The translations under genes were made by a program, and so were the position numbers. This document shows positions 57,185-64,000 of a stretch of DNA of 64,000 bases, piece by piece. The first letter of the stretch is position 1, and each line of letters opens with the position of its first letter. The DNA is from Candidatus Gastranaerophilales bacterium (GTDB taxonomy: Bacteria > Cyanobacteriota > Vampirovibrionia > Gastranaerophilales > Gastranaerophilaceae), in contig CALUPV010000006.1 of the NCBI GenBank assembly GCA_944322745.1, forward strand, positions 3,906 to 67,905. Reading direction: 5' to 3'. The notes beneath the pieces were generated by a model. That model made no database searches. It was given only the letters and a program-made list of their open reading frames with translations, and had not been told where the DNA came from.

Positions 57185-58321
57185 TCAGATAAAAATCATA
57201 AAAATATACTTTTTTATGAATTGTACAATATAAGGACCCCAAAACAAAAGCAAGAACATAGAACATAATAGTGCGGGGCCAAAAGGAATAGCAACAAAAC
57301 CTTGTTCATTAACTGTCTTTTTTAATCTGCTAATTGAATCTATAGCAAAAAATATCAACGCGATTATGAATACAAACACAACATATAAAGGAAGAGTAAG
57401 AATATTAGATAAAATCCAGTATACTAAAGCTAGTAGTACAAAAGAAGTTAATGATGTTAATAGTTTGTATTCTTCTTTTTTGTACAACTCAATTAAAAAT
57501 TGTGGTAATATACAAACCGCTTGCAAAATAATAGCAATAGCAACAGCAACAATGAAATATTTCCATCCTAAAAGAGCACCTGCGGCTGCAGCTAAATAAG
57601 TATCACCTTCCCCGAATGCACGTTTATTTTTATTTACATAGTCATTTATATCAATATTTTCATCTTCAACTTCATTAATTTTATCCTTGTCGTCTAACAA
57701 CTCAGTTGGTTGCTCATTATTTTCTTCATCTTTAACTTCTATTTTATCAACATTTTCTTCTATTTGTTCTGAATTATTTTCTTTTTTCTTAACAAGATAA
57801 TATGATAACCTTGCTATTGCCTCCATTACAAATACACCAACAATCAAACCAATTGCTGTATTTGAATAATTATTTAAACCATTAAAAACCAGAGATGTAA
57901 TAACAGCAAAAATAATTAAAATCCAACTATGTATGTCAAAAACATATTCTTTTTTTAAGTCAGTAATTATTATTACAATTGATATAGATAATAAAATCCA
58001 TAAAAGCAGAGTTTTAACAGTTAATCCAAATGATAAAAAAACAGCCAGAAATAGTATTGCCGTGAGTGCTTCAACTATCGGATACTGAATACTGACTTTC
58101 TCACCACAGTTTCTGCATTTTCCTTTAAAAGTAAAAAAATAGGATAAAACAGGTATATTATCAAACCACTTTATAGGTTCATTACAAAAAGGGCACTTAG
58201 ATGAAGGAAAAACTATTGATTCTTTGGATAGTGCCCTTAGCGCAACAACATTTAAAAAACTGCCTATACAAGCTCCTACTACTAATATAAAAAAGCATAC
58301 CAATAATAATTCATCTATCAT
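57185..58321 (-). CDS. pilD: Prepilin peptidase / N-methyltransferase (PilD family) with an internal acidic insertion
   Basis: CPFCNEPI...CRNCGEKV zinc motif. Catalytic Asp contexts ITDLKKEYVFD and GEGDTYLAAAAGALLG. About 60 extra Glu/Asp/Asn-rich residues lie between them. Confidence 0.85.
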   Translation of the reverse strand: MIDELLLVCFFILVVGACIGSFLNVVALRALSKESIVFPSSKCPFCNEPIKWFDNIPVLSYFFTFKGKCRNCGEKVSIQYPIVEALTAILFLAVFLSFGLTVKTLLLWILLSISIVIIITDLKKEYVFDIHSWILIIFAVITSLVFNGLNNYSNTAIGLIVGVFVMEAIARLSYYLVKKKENNSEQIEENVDKIEVKDEENNEQPTELLDDKDKINEVEDENIDINDYVNKNKRAFGEGDTYLAAAAGALLGWKYFIVAVAIAIILQAVCILPQFLIELYKKEEYKLLTSLTSFVLLALVYWILSNILTLPLYVVFVFIIALIFFAIDSISRLKKTVNEQGFVAIPFGPALLCSMFLLLFWGPYIVQFIKKYIFMIFI

Positions 58322-58334
58322 AATTCCACCTTTT

Positions 58335-59120
58335 CTATGCTTTTTCTTTTTCTGATAATATATTAAGAAGCATATTTAATGCTTTTTTCAACCTTCTGGA
58401 CACCTGCATTTGAGAAATCCCAAGCTTTAAAGCTATTTGTGTCTGGCTCATATCTTCAAAATAATTTAAAACTATTACTTCTTGAAGTTTTACATCCAAT
58501 CTTTTTATAGCATCATTTATAAGAATTTTATCTTCTTGGAAAGATTCCAGATTATAATGATTATCATCTGCAATTTTATCAAATAAAGATAAAGACTCAT
58601 CCGCCCCTGTTGTAATAACTTGATCCAAAGAGATAGTCTGTTTCCTTCTTTCAACATCAATAACTTCTTTAATTTTACCGACAGAAGTACCAAGTTCCTC
58701 TGCTAAAACTATCTCAGAAGGCTCATTTCCTTGCTCGTCCTTTAGTTTCTGCATCAATTTATTTACACGATAAGCAAGCTCATAAATTTCTCTTGGAGCT
58801 TTAATCATAGAAACTTTATCTCTTAAATAATGCCTAATCTCACCGGTAATTAAATAAGTAGCGTATGTTTTAAAGTTCTCGCTCACTTTTGGATTATATA
58901 ATTGAATCGCTTTAACAAGTCCGACACTACCAACTTGCATGATATCTTCAACCGGATCTGTGTTTCTTCTCGCAAGACCTCTTGCTATTTTCTTAACTAA
59001 AGGCATTGCCGCCAAAGCTATTACGTTCTGAAGATGTTTTTTTTGCTTCTCATCCTCAGCCGACTTATATAATTTAAGCCATTCAGCTATTTCTTCATAA
59101 TTAATGGTATAATCAGCCAC
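58335..59120 (-). CDS. Group-3 sigma-70 factor (SigF/SigB/FliA-like)
   Basis: GTG start after AGAGGA. DIMQVGSVGLVKAIQLYNP, FKTYATYLITGEIRHYLRD, and region 4.2 MSQTQIALKLGISQMQVSRRLKKAL. Confidence 0.85.
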   Translation of the reverse strand: MADYTINYEEIAEWLKLYKSAEDEKQKKHLQNVIALAAMPLVKKIARGLARRNTDPVEDIMQVGSVGLVKAIQLYNPKVSENFKTYATYLITGEIRHYLRDKVSMIKAPREIYELAYRVNKLMQKLKDEQGNEPSEIVLAEELGTSVGKIKEVIDVERRKQTISLDQVITTGADESLSLFDKIADDNHYNLESFQEDKILINDAIKRLDVKLQEVIVLNYFEDMSQTQIALKLGISQMQVSRRLKKALNMLLNILSEKEKA

Positions 59121-59171
59121 TGACTCATCCTCTTTTTCATTCTTTGCTTTCTTTTTCCTTTACCAAATCAA

Positions 59172-59567
59172 TTATATCAGTTTAAACGTATAGGGTAAAA
59201 TATCATTTATATAATATAAGCTAATACCCTTATCATCATTTTCCAATATAATTTCAACATTATAACCTTTTGAAAATTCTTGAATCCACTGTCTGCAAGC
59301 ACCGCAAGGAAAACATTCAGAAGACATTGGCGAATAAATTGCAATTTTTAACAAATTTGATGTTTCTCCATTCGCTATTGCTGTTGAAATGGCATTCCTC
59401 TCTGCACACAATGATAAACCGTAACTTGAGTTTTCAATATTACATCCAACATAATATTTGCCACTTTCAAATAAAGCACATGCTCCGACCGGAAACTTTG
59501 AATAAGGACAATATGCGTTATATGAAACTTCTTTTGCTATTTTTATAAGTTCTTCATTTGTTACCAT
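59172..59567 (-). CDS. cdd: Cytidine deaminase
   Basis: Zinc motifs CAERNAI and PCGACRQ. 131 aa. Confidence 0.9.
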   Translation of the reverse strand: MVTNEELIKIAKEVSYNAYCPYSKFPVGACALFESGKYYVGCNIENSSYGLSLCAERNAISTAIANGETSNLLKIAIYSPMSSECFPCGACRQWIQEFSKGYNVEIILENDDKGISLYYINDILPYTFKLI

Positions 59568-59758
59568 ATAAAATCCTTTTCCTTAATATATTTTATATTT
59601 AAATCAAAGCTAAGAATATAGTATATTTGAATGATATAATATTATGTGTTTACAATAGTTAATCTATTTACCCTCAATAGTATAAGTTATATTATTATAT
59701 AATAATATAGTGTATACTTATATAGTGATTTTGAATATTGTATGTCATTGGGAGGAAC

Positions 59759-61084
59759 ATGACAGAGAAGATTAGGATATTTGGCGGAAAACAATTAAAA
59801 GGCGAAGTATCTATAAGTGGAGCTAAGAACGCAGTGCTAAAGCTTATGGCCGCTGCTCTTTTAGCAAAAGGTGAAAGTAAAATATATAATGTTCCGGAAT
59901 TAACTGATGTAGTAATAATGTTAAATGTTTTGGAACAACTTGGTGCCAAAACAAAGTATAACAAAATAGAAAAATCAATAACTATTGATTCGACTGATTT
60001 AACAGGTGTTAGAGCCAGCTATGAACTTGTAAGTAGAATGAGAGCTTCTTTTGTTGTGTTAGGTGCTTTAGTAGGCAGATGTAAAGAAGCTGTTGTTGCT
60101 CTACCAGGCGGTTGTGCTATTGGAGAAAGAAAAGTAGATTTCCACATTAAAGGCTTAGAGGCACTAGGAACAAATATCAAGATAGAAAACGGATATGTCC
60201 ATGCAAAAGCAAAAAAATTAATAGGTTCGGATATATACCTTGATATTCCGTCTGTCGGAGCTACAGAAAATATAATGTTAGCTTCTGTCTTAGCAGAAGG
60301 TTCAACAAGAATTCAAAATGCAGCTCAAGAACCGGAAATTGTCGATTTAGCAAATTTTCTTAATGCAATGGGAGCCGATATTGTAGGTGCAGGAACTTCT
60401 GAAATTGTAATTAACGGTGTAAAACAAGAAGATTTAAAACCAATAGAATATACAACTATTCCTGACAGAATTGAAGCAGGAACATATATGGCTGCGTTTA
60501 TTGCCACAAAAGGTAAAGGTATAATAAGAAATATTTTCCCTAATCATTTAACATTTTATACAGCTAAACTGACTAAAATGGGGGCAGATATTAAGTTGTT
60601 AGACCCTACTTCTATAGAAGTCAGCTGCAAAAGAAAACTTGAAGCAATAAATGTAATTACTCAACCATATCCCGGGTTTCCAACTGATTTACAATCTATG
60701 GCGATGGCACTTGCAACAGTTGCAGATGGTGTAAGCATTATTACAGAAAGCTTATATGAAAACCGATTTATGCAAGTTCCTGAACTTCGAAAAATGGGGG
60801 CAGATATTCATCAAGAAAGAAATCATGCTCTTGTTAAAGGTGTAAAAAATTTAACAAGCGCTAACCTTAGAGCTTCAGATTTAAGAGCAGGTGCTTCTCT
60901 GGTTATTGCAGCCCTTATGGCAGAAGGGGAAAGTACAATTGAAAATATATATCATATAGATAGAGGTTACGAACTTCTTGAAAATAAGTTTAGAATGATA
61001 GGAGCAGATATTCAAAGATATAATGAAGATGATGATGCTATTATCAACCAAAATAAAGGAAATCTAAGTGAATCACAATTATAA
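59759..61084 (+). CDS. murA: UDP-N-acetylglucosamine 1-carboxyvinyltransferase
   Basis: Start at ATG 59759 after GGGAGGAAC. ISGAKNAVLKLMAAALL, LPGGCAIGERKVDFH (catalytic Cys), GATENIMLAS. Confidence 0.95.
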   Translation: MTEKIRIFGGKQLKGEVSISGAKNAVLKLMAAALLAKGESKIYNVPELTDVVIMLNVLEQLGAKTKYNKIEKSITIDSTDLTGVRASYELVSRMRASFVVLGALVGRCKEAVVALPGGCAIGERKVDFHIKGLEALGTNIKIENGYVHAKAKKLIGSDIYLDIPSVGATENIMLASVLAEGSTRIQNAAQEPEIVDLANFLNAMGADIVGAGTSEIVINGVKQEDLKPIEYTTIPDRIEAGTYMAAFIATKGKGIIRNIFPNHLTFYTAKLTKMGADIKLLDPTSIEVSCKRKLEAINVITQPYPGFPTDLQSMAMALATVADGVSIITESLYENRFMQVPELRKMGADIHQERNHALVKGVKNLTSANLRASDLRAGASLVIAALMAEGESTIENIYHIDRGYELLENKFRMIGADIQRYNEDDDAIINQNKGNLSESQL

Positions 61085-61397
61085 AAGATGGTATGATCAT
61101 GATCCTGTTTTGCTTGAGGTAATAAACCTACTACAAAACTACCAAAATGAACTAAAATCGCAGGCAGAAATTTTTTTACAAGAAATCGAGAAAAAAGTTT
61201 CAAAAGAAGCAATTGATAAATTCTACGAAATGGTAAGACCAAAAGTATGTAATCGTTGGTATGACAAAGATCCAGTTATTTCAAGAACAGTTGAACTTTT
61301 AAGAGTTGTTCCTCCGGATGTACAAAAAGCAACTGCACAAAACTTTTTAAAAGCATTGGAAGAAATGGGGATATATAAAAAAGAAAGTATTAATTAA
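61068..61397 (+). CDS. Hypothetical protein (109 aa) with a duplicated RWYDxDPV module
   Basis: YKRWYDHDPVLLEVINLL and CNRWYDKDPVISRTVELL. The GTG start overlaps the murA 3' end. Confidence 0.5.
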   Translation: MNHNYKRWYDHDPVLLEVINLLQNYQNELKSQAEIFLQEIEKKVSKEAIDKFYEMVRPKVCNRWYDKDPVISRTVELLRVVPPDVQKATAQNFLKALEEMGIYKKESIN

Positions 61398-62542
61398 TCT
61401 AATACTTCTCCTGTTACAATATTTACTCTCATTGGTTTAAAAAGCTTAATATATAGAATTTGCCCGTCTTTTGCAATAAAATCTCTACCTTTTATAATAT
61501 TTTTAGCAACCTTCTTTACTTTATTTGACTCAACTTGAGAGGCTTCATATTCTGCAACCCCCAATATTCTTGTAAAATTTTTATTGTTATTTGTCGCAGA
61601 TAATTCAAATATAAGCTCTCCATTTCTGACAAAATTAATAGCTTTTGTTGTATCCAAAACTTTACCGACTAAAATTATATCTTTAGACAAAAGTATATGA
61701 TGTTCATAATCAACAATATTATTTGCAAATCTGGCCTGAAACATTTGTCCCGGCTCAGCATACTCAGAACTTAATTGCCCTATAACCATTATAGGGAGAA
61801 TCGTTTTAGCTGGCAAAGTAACTACATCATCAATTCTTGAAGTATTTTCAATAATTATACCTTCACCAGTTTTAGGTAATTTTTCAGCTGCAATTTTTTC
61901 TTGTATATAACCATCTGTTATTTGCTTTAATCTTGCTAAAAAAACTGCAATTTGAGCTCGGTTTACATACTTATCATAATCAAGATAACGTTCACGTGGA
62001 GGCTCTTTCGCTATTACATTAAGTACCTCCGCTTTACCTGCTGTTACTTTAAACCAGTCAGGAATATCATCAAAATCGTCAAAAGAATTTTGCAGTGCAA
62101 TAATAGCTTCTTTCTTACCGATATCTTCTGACTTTAATATATTAACAAGAAAAGTTATTACCTCGCTTCTTGTAATATAATCATCAGGATAGAAATAATT
62201 GTCTGTAGCAGGCTTTAATATATCAAGATTTACAGCTCTCAAAATATATCCCCACGCCCAATGACTATTATCTATATCTTCAAAAGTATAAATAGTTTCT
62301 ATTGGAATATTTTCTTGTCCTATTGCTTTTATTACCATTGCAGCATATTCTGCTCTTGTTACAAGCTTTTGAGGCAAATACTTATTATCAGGATATCCTG
62401 AAATTATTCCTTCATCTGTTAAAAAATCTATCTCTTTATATGCCCAAAAACCATGATCAATGTCAACAAAATCTAAAGCATATACTTTTATAGGCATTAA
62501 AAAAATAAATAATAAAAATATCCTTATAAAATTCTTTTTCAT
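61394..62542 (-). CDS. Exported protein with three SLH domains and an unassigned C-terminal domain
   Basis: Signal peptide, then FVDIDHGFWAYKEIDFLTDEGIISGYPDNKYLPQKLVTRAEYAAMV, FEDIDNSHWAWGYI...ITRSEVITFL and FDDIPDWF...VNRAQIAVFL. Confidence 0.8.
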   Translation of the reverse strand: MKKNFIRIFLLFIFLMPIKVYALDFVDIDHGFWAYKEIDFLTDEGIISGYPDNKYLPQKLVTRAEYAAMVIKAIGQENIPIETIYTFEDIDNSHWAWGYILRAVNLDILKPATDNYFYPDDYITRSEVITFLVNILKSEDIGKKEAIIALQNSFDDFDDIPDWFKVTAGKAEVLNVIAKEPPRERYLDYDKYVNRAQIAVFLARLKQITDGYIQEKIAAEKLPKTGEGIIIENTSRIDDVVTLPAKTILPIMVIGQLSSEYAEPGQMFQARFANNIVDYEHHILLSKDIILVGKVLDTTKAINFVRNGELIFELSATNNNKNFTRILGVAEYEASQVESNKVKKVAKNIIKGRDFIAKDGQILYIKLFKPMRVNIVTGEVLD

Positions 62543-62670
62543 ATTTTTCCTATTAGTATTCTATCAGAATTTTTTGTTTTAGAAAATTAAAAAATTTTTT
62601 GTAGCAAAATTTTTTTTCATAGGTTTTGTATTCAATGTGTGTTTATTATTTTATTAGAGAAGGAGAGAAA

Positions 62671-62964
62671 ATGAATATTACACCAGTCACAATGACAACA
62701 AATTACATGAAAAAAGCTGTAAACTTTGGAGAGAAAAAGCAAGAAATTAAACCATTAATTCAAATTGATGAAAATACTCCGGATGATAAGGTTGTTTCTT
62801 ATGGAACTTGGGGACCAAACTACGTTTATCCAATAACAGCAGGTCAAATAAGAGCAACTCAAAAAGTAATTCCGCATTATGAACCAAGAACAGGGCAAAA
62901 AGATACTGAATCTCCAAAAGAATATCTTTCAAGAAAGATTCATAGTACAGAATGGACAATGTAA
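62671..62964 (+). CDS. Hypothetical protein (97 aa)
   Basis: Start at ATG 62671 after AAGGAGAG (the track start at 62626 lacks an RBS). No family recognised. Confidence 0.5.
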   Translation: MNITPVTMTTNYMKKAVNFGEKKQEIKPLIQIDENTPDDKVVSYGTWGPNYVYPITAGQIRATQKVIPHYEPRTGQKDTESPKEYLSRKIHSTEWTM

Positions 62965-62970
62965 TTAACA

Positions 62971-63009
62971 AAAAAATAGAACCGAGATAACTCTCGGTTT
63001 TATTTTTTT
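62971..63009. terminator. Bidirectional intrinsic terminator
   Basis: A6..AACCGAGA-TAAC-TCTCGGTT followed by TTTATTTTTTT. Lies between convergent ORFs. Confidence 0.8.
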
Positions 63010-63010
63010 A

Positions 63011-63367
63011 TTATTTCTTTTCGTTATTTTCTTCGTTATTTTCCTTATTTATTTTTTGTACTTTTTTAGATTTTATTTTCTCTGCATAATCTTCATCATC
63101 TAACAACAAATTTTTTCTTTTATTCTGTAAAACAGAAACAACATTCAAAAGCGCAAGAGAATTCAAAGATGCTTTAAGTTGCATACTCCTATCAATAAAA
63201 GGCTCTTGACGAGAATTTTGCTGCTCCTCGCCTTCTTGCATAAAGTATTCAGTTCCTTGACTAGCTCGGTCATCAGAGGTTTTAGCTGCGGTTCCTGATA
63301 TATCTCCACTTTTAAAGTTTATACCGCCACCAATTCCCAATGTACCAGCCGACCTATTGTCAACCAC
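63011..63367 (-). CDS. Hypothetical protein (118 aa): Gly-rich N-terminus, Lys/Glu/Asn-rich C-terminus
   Basis: GTG start 6 nt after AAGGAGAG. No family recognised. Confidence 0.5.
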   Translation of the reverse strand: MVDNRSAGTLGIGGGINFKSGDISGTAAKTSDDRASQGTEYFMQEGEEQQNSRQEPFIDRSMQLKASLNSLALLNVVSVLQNKRKNLLLDDEDYAEKIKSKKVQKINKENNEENNEKK

Positions 63368-63493
63368 TTACTTCTCTCCTTTACATCTTAGGGAATCTTT
63401 CTTATTATACCTTATCTTTAAGTTTTTAACAACTCAACAATAGTACAAAACACAAACTTATTTTTTTTTGCGGGTATTGTACAAATTTGTTAC

Positions 63494-64000
63494 TTATATT
63501 AAATTCTTAAAAATTTGTGGAGTATCTTCTTTTTGCACTACAGAAAAATCAAACATAGCTCTTTTTTGTCTTTCTTCCTGTTTTTTTGCTTCAGCAACTT
63601 TTTTTTCTGTAACGGAACGATTGTATTTTGGAAGTAATATACCAAGCATAACAACAGAAAATGCAATATCAGCAACTCTACATATATTCCTTAAATTGCG
63701 GGTCTTTATATCAGCAATCTCCGCAGCCGATTTTAATTCTGTATTTTTAATCCAATTTCCGAATTGTTTAACTCTATAACCCAATCCTGACAATAACTTT
63801 TCACCAAATGAAGCACCACCATTAATAATCGGCTTCGCTATTTCCTTCTTTCGGTTTAAAAGAACTACATTTTCACCAAAAAACTCTGAACCTTTCCGAG
63901 TTTTTGAGAATGCTTCAATAGCAGAAGCTACACCCTTTTTAACATAATCACCAAGAAAATACAAACCTGAAAATGAAGCAATATCACGAACTGTAGTTTC
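63494..64000 (-). CDS. Hypothetical membrane-associated protein (partial; the frame stays open to the right edge), related to ORFs 5683..6742
   Basis: The frame has no stop between 63964 and 64000. RVADIAFSVVMLGILLPKYNRSV resembles RIGAVVSAIAYLPVLALSNKIYP of ORF 6206..6742, and IEAFSKTRKGSEFFGENV resembles LEKFSQKGGEKVSNYV. Confidence 0.5.
   Translation of the reverse strand, partial: ETTVRDIASFSGLYFLGDYVKKGVASAIEAFSKTRKGSEFFGENVVLLNRKKEIAKPIINGGASFGEKLLSGLGYRVKQFGNWIKNTELKSAAEIADIKTRNLRNICRVADIAFSVVMLGILLPKYNRSVTEKKVAEAKKQEERQKRAMFDFSVVQKEDTPQIFKNLI

Noticed and set aside
477-63964. Recurring [S/N]-F-G-[E/K/Q]-[K/R] motif near the N-termini of several unknown proteins: NISFGKK, VISFGQR, AVNFGEKK, GASFGEK, and looser TSFKGQK. 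I considered it as a shared targeting or cleavage signal.
   Set aside because: The motif was defined post hoc. The residues involved are among the commonest in this Lys/Asn/Phe-rich proteome, the positions vary (aa 4 to about 65), and two of the hits are paralogues. It is not distinguishable from chance without a genome-wide test.
1-64000. Searched by eye for rRNA, tRNA, CRISPR repeat arrays, transposase/integrase genes, long terminal inverted repeats and alternative genetic code usage.
   Set aside because: No regularly spaced direct repeats and no GC-rich tRNA-like islands (no GGTTCGAAT-type T-arm) were seen, and no recombinase-like ORFs. All conserved genes (recA, murA, accC, secD and others) read through intact with standard stops, so code 11 is adequate.

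Overview
Low-GC (about 30% by eye) bacterial chromosomal segment read with the standard genetic code. It carries roughly 75 plausible genes, densely packed on both strands.
Housekeeping genes: recA, murA, accB-accC, secD-secF, tilS-hpt, pgpH-ybeY-dgkA, a primary-type sigma factor, an rlmB-like methyltransferase, rsfS, cdd, galE, and the 5' end of a ribonucleotide reductase.
Envelope genes: a 1507-aa TamB/AsmA-like protein, a GT9 heptosyltransferase, a GT2, an acyltransferase-3, a triple-SLH protein, MscS, and two LTXXQ (Spy/CpxP-like) proteins with an ECF sigma/anti-sigma pair. Together these imply a diderm, LPS-bearing cell.
Motility and surface genes: a flagellar export-gate operon (FliM/N-like, fliO, fliP, fliQ, an extra gene, fliR), a PilM-PilN fusion plus PilO, and a prepilin peptidase beside a group-3 sigma factor.
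Signalling genes: two HD-GYP proteins, one GGDEF, a PilZ-like mini-protein and a NarL-type regulator.
I recognised no rRNA, tRNA, CRISPR array, transposase or integrase. The gene mix fits a flagellated low-GC diderm (for example gut Melainabacteria-like or Negativicutes-like lineages), but taxonomy cannot be settled from this window.
I did not find a clear-cut novel multi-gene system. The best leads are:
(i) Three tandem GNAT-like paralogues with homogenised junctions, one knocked out of frame by an A7/A8 homopolymer.
(ii) Oddities in the flagellar export gate: an SctQ-like FliM/N fusion with an internal SD-ATG, an extended FliQ, and an extra exported protein between fliQ and fliR.
(iii) A GGDEF+HD-GYP enzyme coupled to a PilZ-like ORF.
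(iv) A 0.5-kb terminator-bracketed non-coding region next to a decayed duplicate of an XRE cassette.
(v) Several lineage-specific ORF sets I cannot assign.
All family calls come from motif recognition by eye. No database search was run.
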